Virus record (IMG/VR): IMGVR_UViG_2728369554_000001
Direction: 5' to 3' (one strand)
Source of the DNA: a virus
Lineage: Duplodnaviria; Heunggongvirae; Uroviricota; Caudoviricetes
Length of the DNA stretch: 10,639 nucleotides
Shown here: one piece after another, positions 9,301 through 10,639 of the stretch
Layout: each line of letters begins with the position of its first letter
Position numbering within the stretch: position 1 is the first letter of the stretch
Position numbers and translations under genes: made by a program
The notes under the pieces: model-generated
What the model was told of the DNA's origin: nothing
The model's input: the letters and a program-made list of their open reading frames with translations, nothing else
Database searches by the model: none

Positions 9301-10069
9301 TGTCGGATCTGCTGCTGAATACGCTGTAATTCCTGCAGCCCCGCACTGGCCTGTTTCACACTGTCAATCTGACGATAAAACGCAGCAGCCGCTTTATCCT
9401 GAGCCTCCGCCAGAGCCATGGCCTGCGCCTGTTCCTCGCGCATTTTCTGGCTCAGTGCCTCCATGCGCTGGCGGGTTTTCTCCACCTCGCGGGCCATGCG
9501 TTCATGAGCCTGTGCGTTCTTCTCCACCGTCTGCGCATGGACGGATGCGGCTGTTGCAGCCGAAGAAGCTGCCTGCGTTGTCTGCCGGGCGGCCTGAGTC
9601 TGACGCTCCATAAAACGCTGCATACGGGCAGAAGACCGTTCTGCATCGNNNNNNNNNNACCCGCACTGGCCTGTTTCACACTGTCAATCTGACGATAAAA
9701 CGCAGCAGCAGCTTTATCCTGAGCCTCCGCCAGAGCCATGGCCTGCGCCTGTTCCTCGCGCATTTTCTGGCTCAGCGCCTCCATACGCTGGCGGGTTTTC
9801 TCCACCTCGCGGGCCATGCGTTCATGAGCCTGTGCGTTCTTCTCCACCGTCTGCGCATGAACGGATGCGGCTGTTGCAGCCGAAGACGCCGCCTGCGTTG
9901 TCTGCCGGGCGGCCTGAGTCTGACGCTCCATAAAACGCTGCATACGGGCAGAAGACCGTTCTGCATCGCTGGCTGCACCATTCAGAAGGTTTTTGATACG
10001 GGGGATTTCATTTTTAAACTCTGCCGCATCAATCCCCAAATCAATGACCAGGTTGGCTATCTGGTCCAT
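6395..10069 (-). CDS. H: Tail tape measure protein (lambda H-like); as assembled it is broken by a 210-N run, three 10-N joins with duplicated flanks and two frame changes
   Basis: N-terminus MDQIANLVIDLGIDAAEF at ATG 10069..10067 with GGAGGTG Shine-Dalgarno 8 nt upstream (track start 10099 is a TTG). Coiled-coil-like Ala/Gln/Arg/Glu-rich middle and a hydrophobic Gly-rich segment (MMLGGVIGGIAAAVYGL). C-terminus INNDGTNGQIGPAALKAVYDLGKK ... RDGGRLSGAYR matches the lambda gpH C-terminus as recalled. Stop TAA 6397..6395. True length cannot be stated from this assembly. Confidence 0.85.
7167..7376. other. Run of 210 N inside the tape measure gene; reading frame differs on the two sides
   Basis: Directly visible. 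The frame carrying H above the run (ORF 7152..9623) is not the frame of the H C-terminal ORF (6395..7165), although 210 is a multiple of 3. Confidence 0.99.
8415..8895. repeat. Direct duplication, 235 bp x 2 (8415..8649 and 8661..8895), separated by exactly 10 N; assembly-join artefact candidate
   Basis: Copies align at offset 246 with 6 mismatches; N run at 8650..8659. Confidence 0.9.
8986..9226. repeat. Direct duplication, 115 bp x 2 (8986..9100 and 9112..9226), separated by exactly 10 N; assembly-join artefact candidate
   Basis: Copies align at offset 126 with 2 mismatches; N run at 9101..9110. Confidence 0.9.
9340..9968. repeat. Direct duplication, 309 bp x 2 (9340..9648 and 9660..9968), separated by exactly 10 N; assembly-join artefact candidate
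   Basis: Copies align at offset 320 with 6 mismatches; N run at 9649..9658. Offset is not a multiple of 3, so it splits the tape measure ORF into two frames. Confidence 0.9.
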
Positions 10070-10391
10070 AACGCACACCTCCGGAAATACCTTCCCCAAG
10101 ATGCATCAGTTCTTCGTCCGTTCGCTCCGGTATCCCGTTCTCTTCCGGTAAAAGGCTGAAATCAGCCACCGCAGCATCACTGCTGCCGGACACCATTCTC
10201 ACGATCAATGCCTTCAGCGAGGCAAACTGCGCATCCATCCACACATCACTGAAGCTCTGCATCCGGAAATAATCGCCCCACTCACCAAGCTCAGTGGCCG
10301 ACATTTCCGACAGCATCCGCCGCCAGTCTGCCCGCCGGAACTCCCGGGCAAGCCGCATGACAAACTGCATTTCCCGCGTCAGGACTTTTCC
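10041..10391 (-). CDS. T: T portion of the tail assembly chaperone GT fusion, entered by -1 programmed frameshift from G
   Basis: The -1 frame relative to G is open from the candidate slip site (10391) to a TGA at 10043..10041 (ORF-track ORF 10041..10370). Position between G and the tape measure and overlap with the G end are the conserved G-T architecture of long-tailed phages. No sequence match to lambda T is claimed. Confidence 0.6.
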   Translation of the reverse strand, partial: GKVLTREMQFVMRLAREFRRADWRRMLSEMSATELGEWGDYFRMQSFSDVWMDAQFASLKALIVRMVSGSSDAAVADFSLLPEENGIPERTDEELMHLGEGISGGVRYGPDSQPGH

Positions 10392-10639
10392 GGCGTCAGC
10401 GCCTCATGCTCATCATCCACGGCATTATCAATGGCCCCCATACCGCTCAGCGACAGAACCATCTCCGCCCCCGCACCCAGGGCATCATACGACCATGTTG
10501 TAATAACGGATGCGCAAAGCGTCTCTACATCCTTAGACTGATCCGCATTCCACAGTGAGCGGGAAACCAGCCAGGCATTGATATCCATCCCCATCCGCAG
10601 AAAAGCAATCTGTCGTTCAGCCTCCGGCAGTTCTCCCTC
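10379..10639 (-). CDS. G: Tail assembly chaperone G-like protein; partial, N-terminus beyond the window end
   Basis: Minus-strand frame is open from the window end (EGELPEAERQIAFLRMGMDINAWLV ... AIDNAVDDEHEALTPEKS) to TGA at 10381..10379. Acidic C-terminus; sits directly upstream of T/H. Assigned by position and frameshift architecture, not by recognised sequence identity to lambda G. Confidence 0.6.
   Translation of the reverse strand, partial: EGELPEAERQIAFLRMGMDINAWLVSRSLWNADQSKDVETLCASVITTWSYDALGAGAEMVLSLSGMGAIDNAVDDEHEALTPEKS
10385..10391 (-). promoter_or_regulatory. Candidate -1 programmed ribosomal frameshift heptamer (G GAA AAG) for G to GT
   Basis: Minus-strand reading ccg gaa aag tcc TGA: heptamer GGAAAAG sits two codons before the G stop; shifting -1 gives gga aaa gtc ctg ... 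in the open T frame. One mismatch to the lambda heptamer G GGA AAG as I recall it. Confidence 0.45.

Noticed and set aside
8415-9968. Apparent tandem amino-acid repeats in the tape measure as a real repeat expansion, or the direct repeats as a CRISPR-like array
   Set aside because: Every repeat pair is separated by exactly 10 N and the copies continue into opposite flanks, the signature of unmerged contig overlaps. The units are 115-309 bp of coding sequence, not short repeats with unique spacers.
4063-10099. ORF-track start codons at 4063 (J), 5409 (K) and 10099 (H)
   Set aside because: These are GTG/TTG codons shown as M. In each case an ATG further in matches the homologue N-terminus (4018 for J, 5367 for K, 10069 for H with a strong Shine-Dalgarno), and the 5409 start would overlap the L C-terminus.
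1-10639. Possibility of an inserted defence or accessory system hidden in the tail module
   Set aside because: Intergenic spaces are at most about 67 nt (J-lom) and most genes abut or overlap, all on one strand, in the canonical lambda order. The only accessory gene is the known lom moron. No unexplained coding capacity remains, although the N runs hide about 390 nt.

Overview
The whole window is one co-oriented (minus-strand) tail-morphogenesis module of a lambdoid (lambda-like) enterobacterial prophage, in canonical lambda order: G (partial) - T (reached by -1 frameshift) - H tape measure - M - L - K - I - J - terminator - lom (partial). J, I, K, L, M and Lom were identified by recalling the lambda protein sequences from memory, which they closely match; H matches lambda H clearly only at its C-terminus; G/T are called from position and frameshift architecture alone. 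Genes are tightly packed or overlapping, so there is no room for an inserted accessory or defence locus, and I found no evidence of a novel system. The unusual content is mostly technical: five runs of N (153, 210 and three of exactly 10), and each 10-N run is flanked by two copies of the same tape-measure segment at about 98% identity, which looks like unmerged overlapping contig ends rather than biology. Biologically notable points are the divergent J C-terminus, a non-canonical candidate G-T slippery site, and the lom moron behind a clean intrinsic terminator. Several ORF-track starts (4063, 5409, 10099) are GTG/TTG codons shown as M; I re-placed those starts on the ATG that matches the homologue N-terminus.
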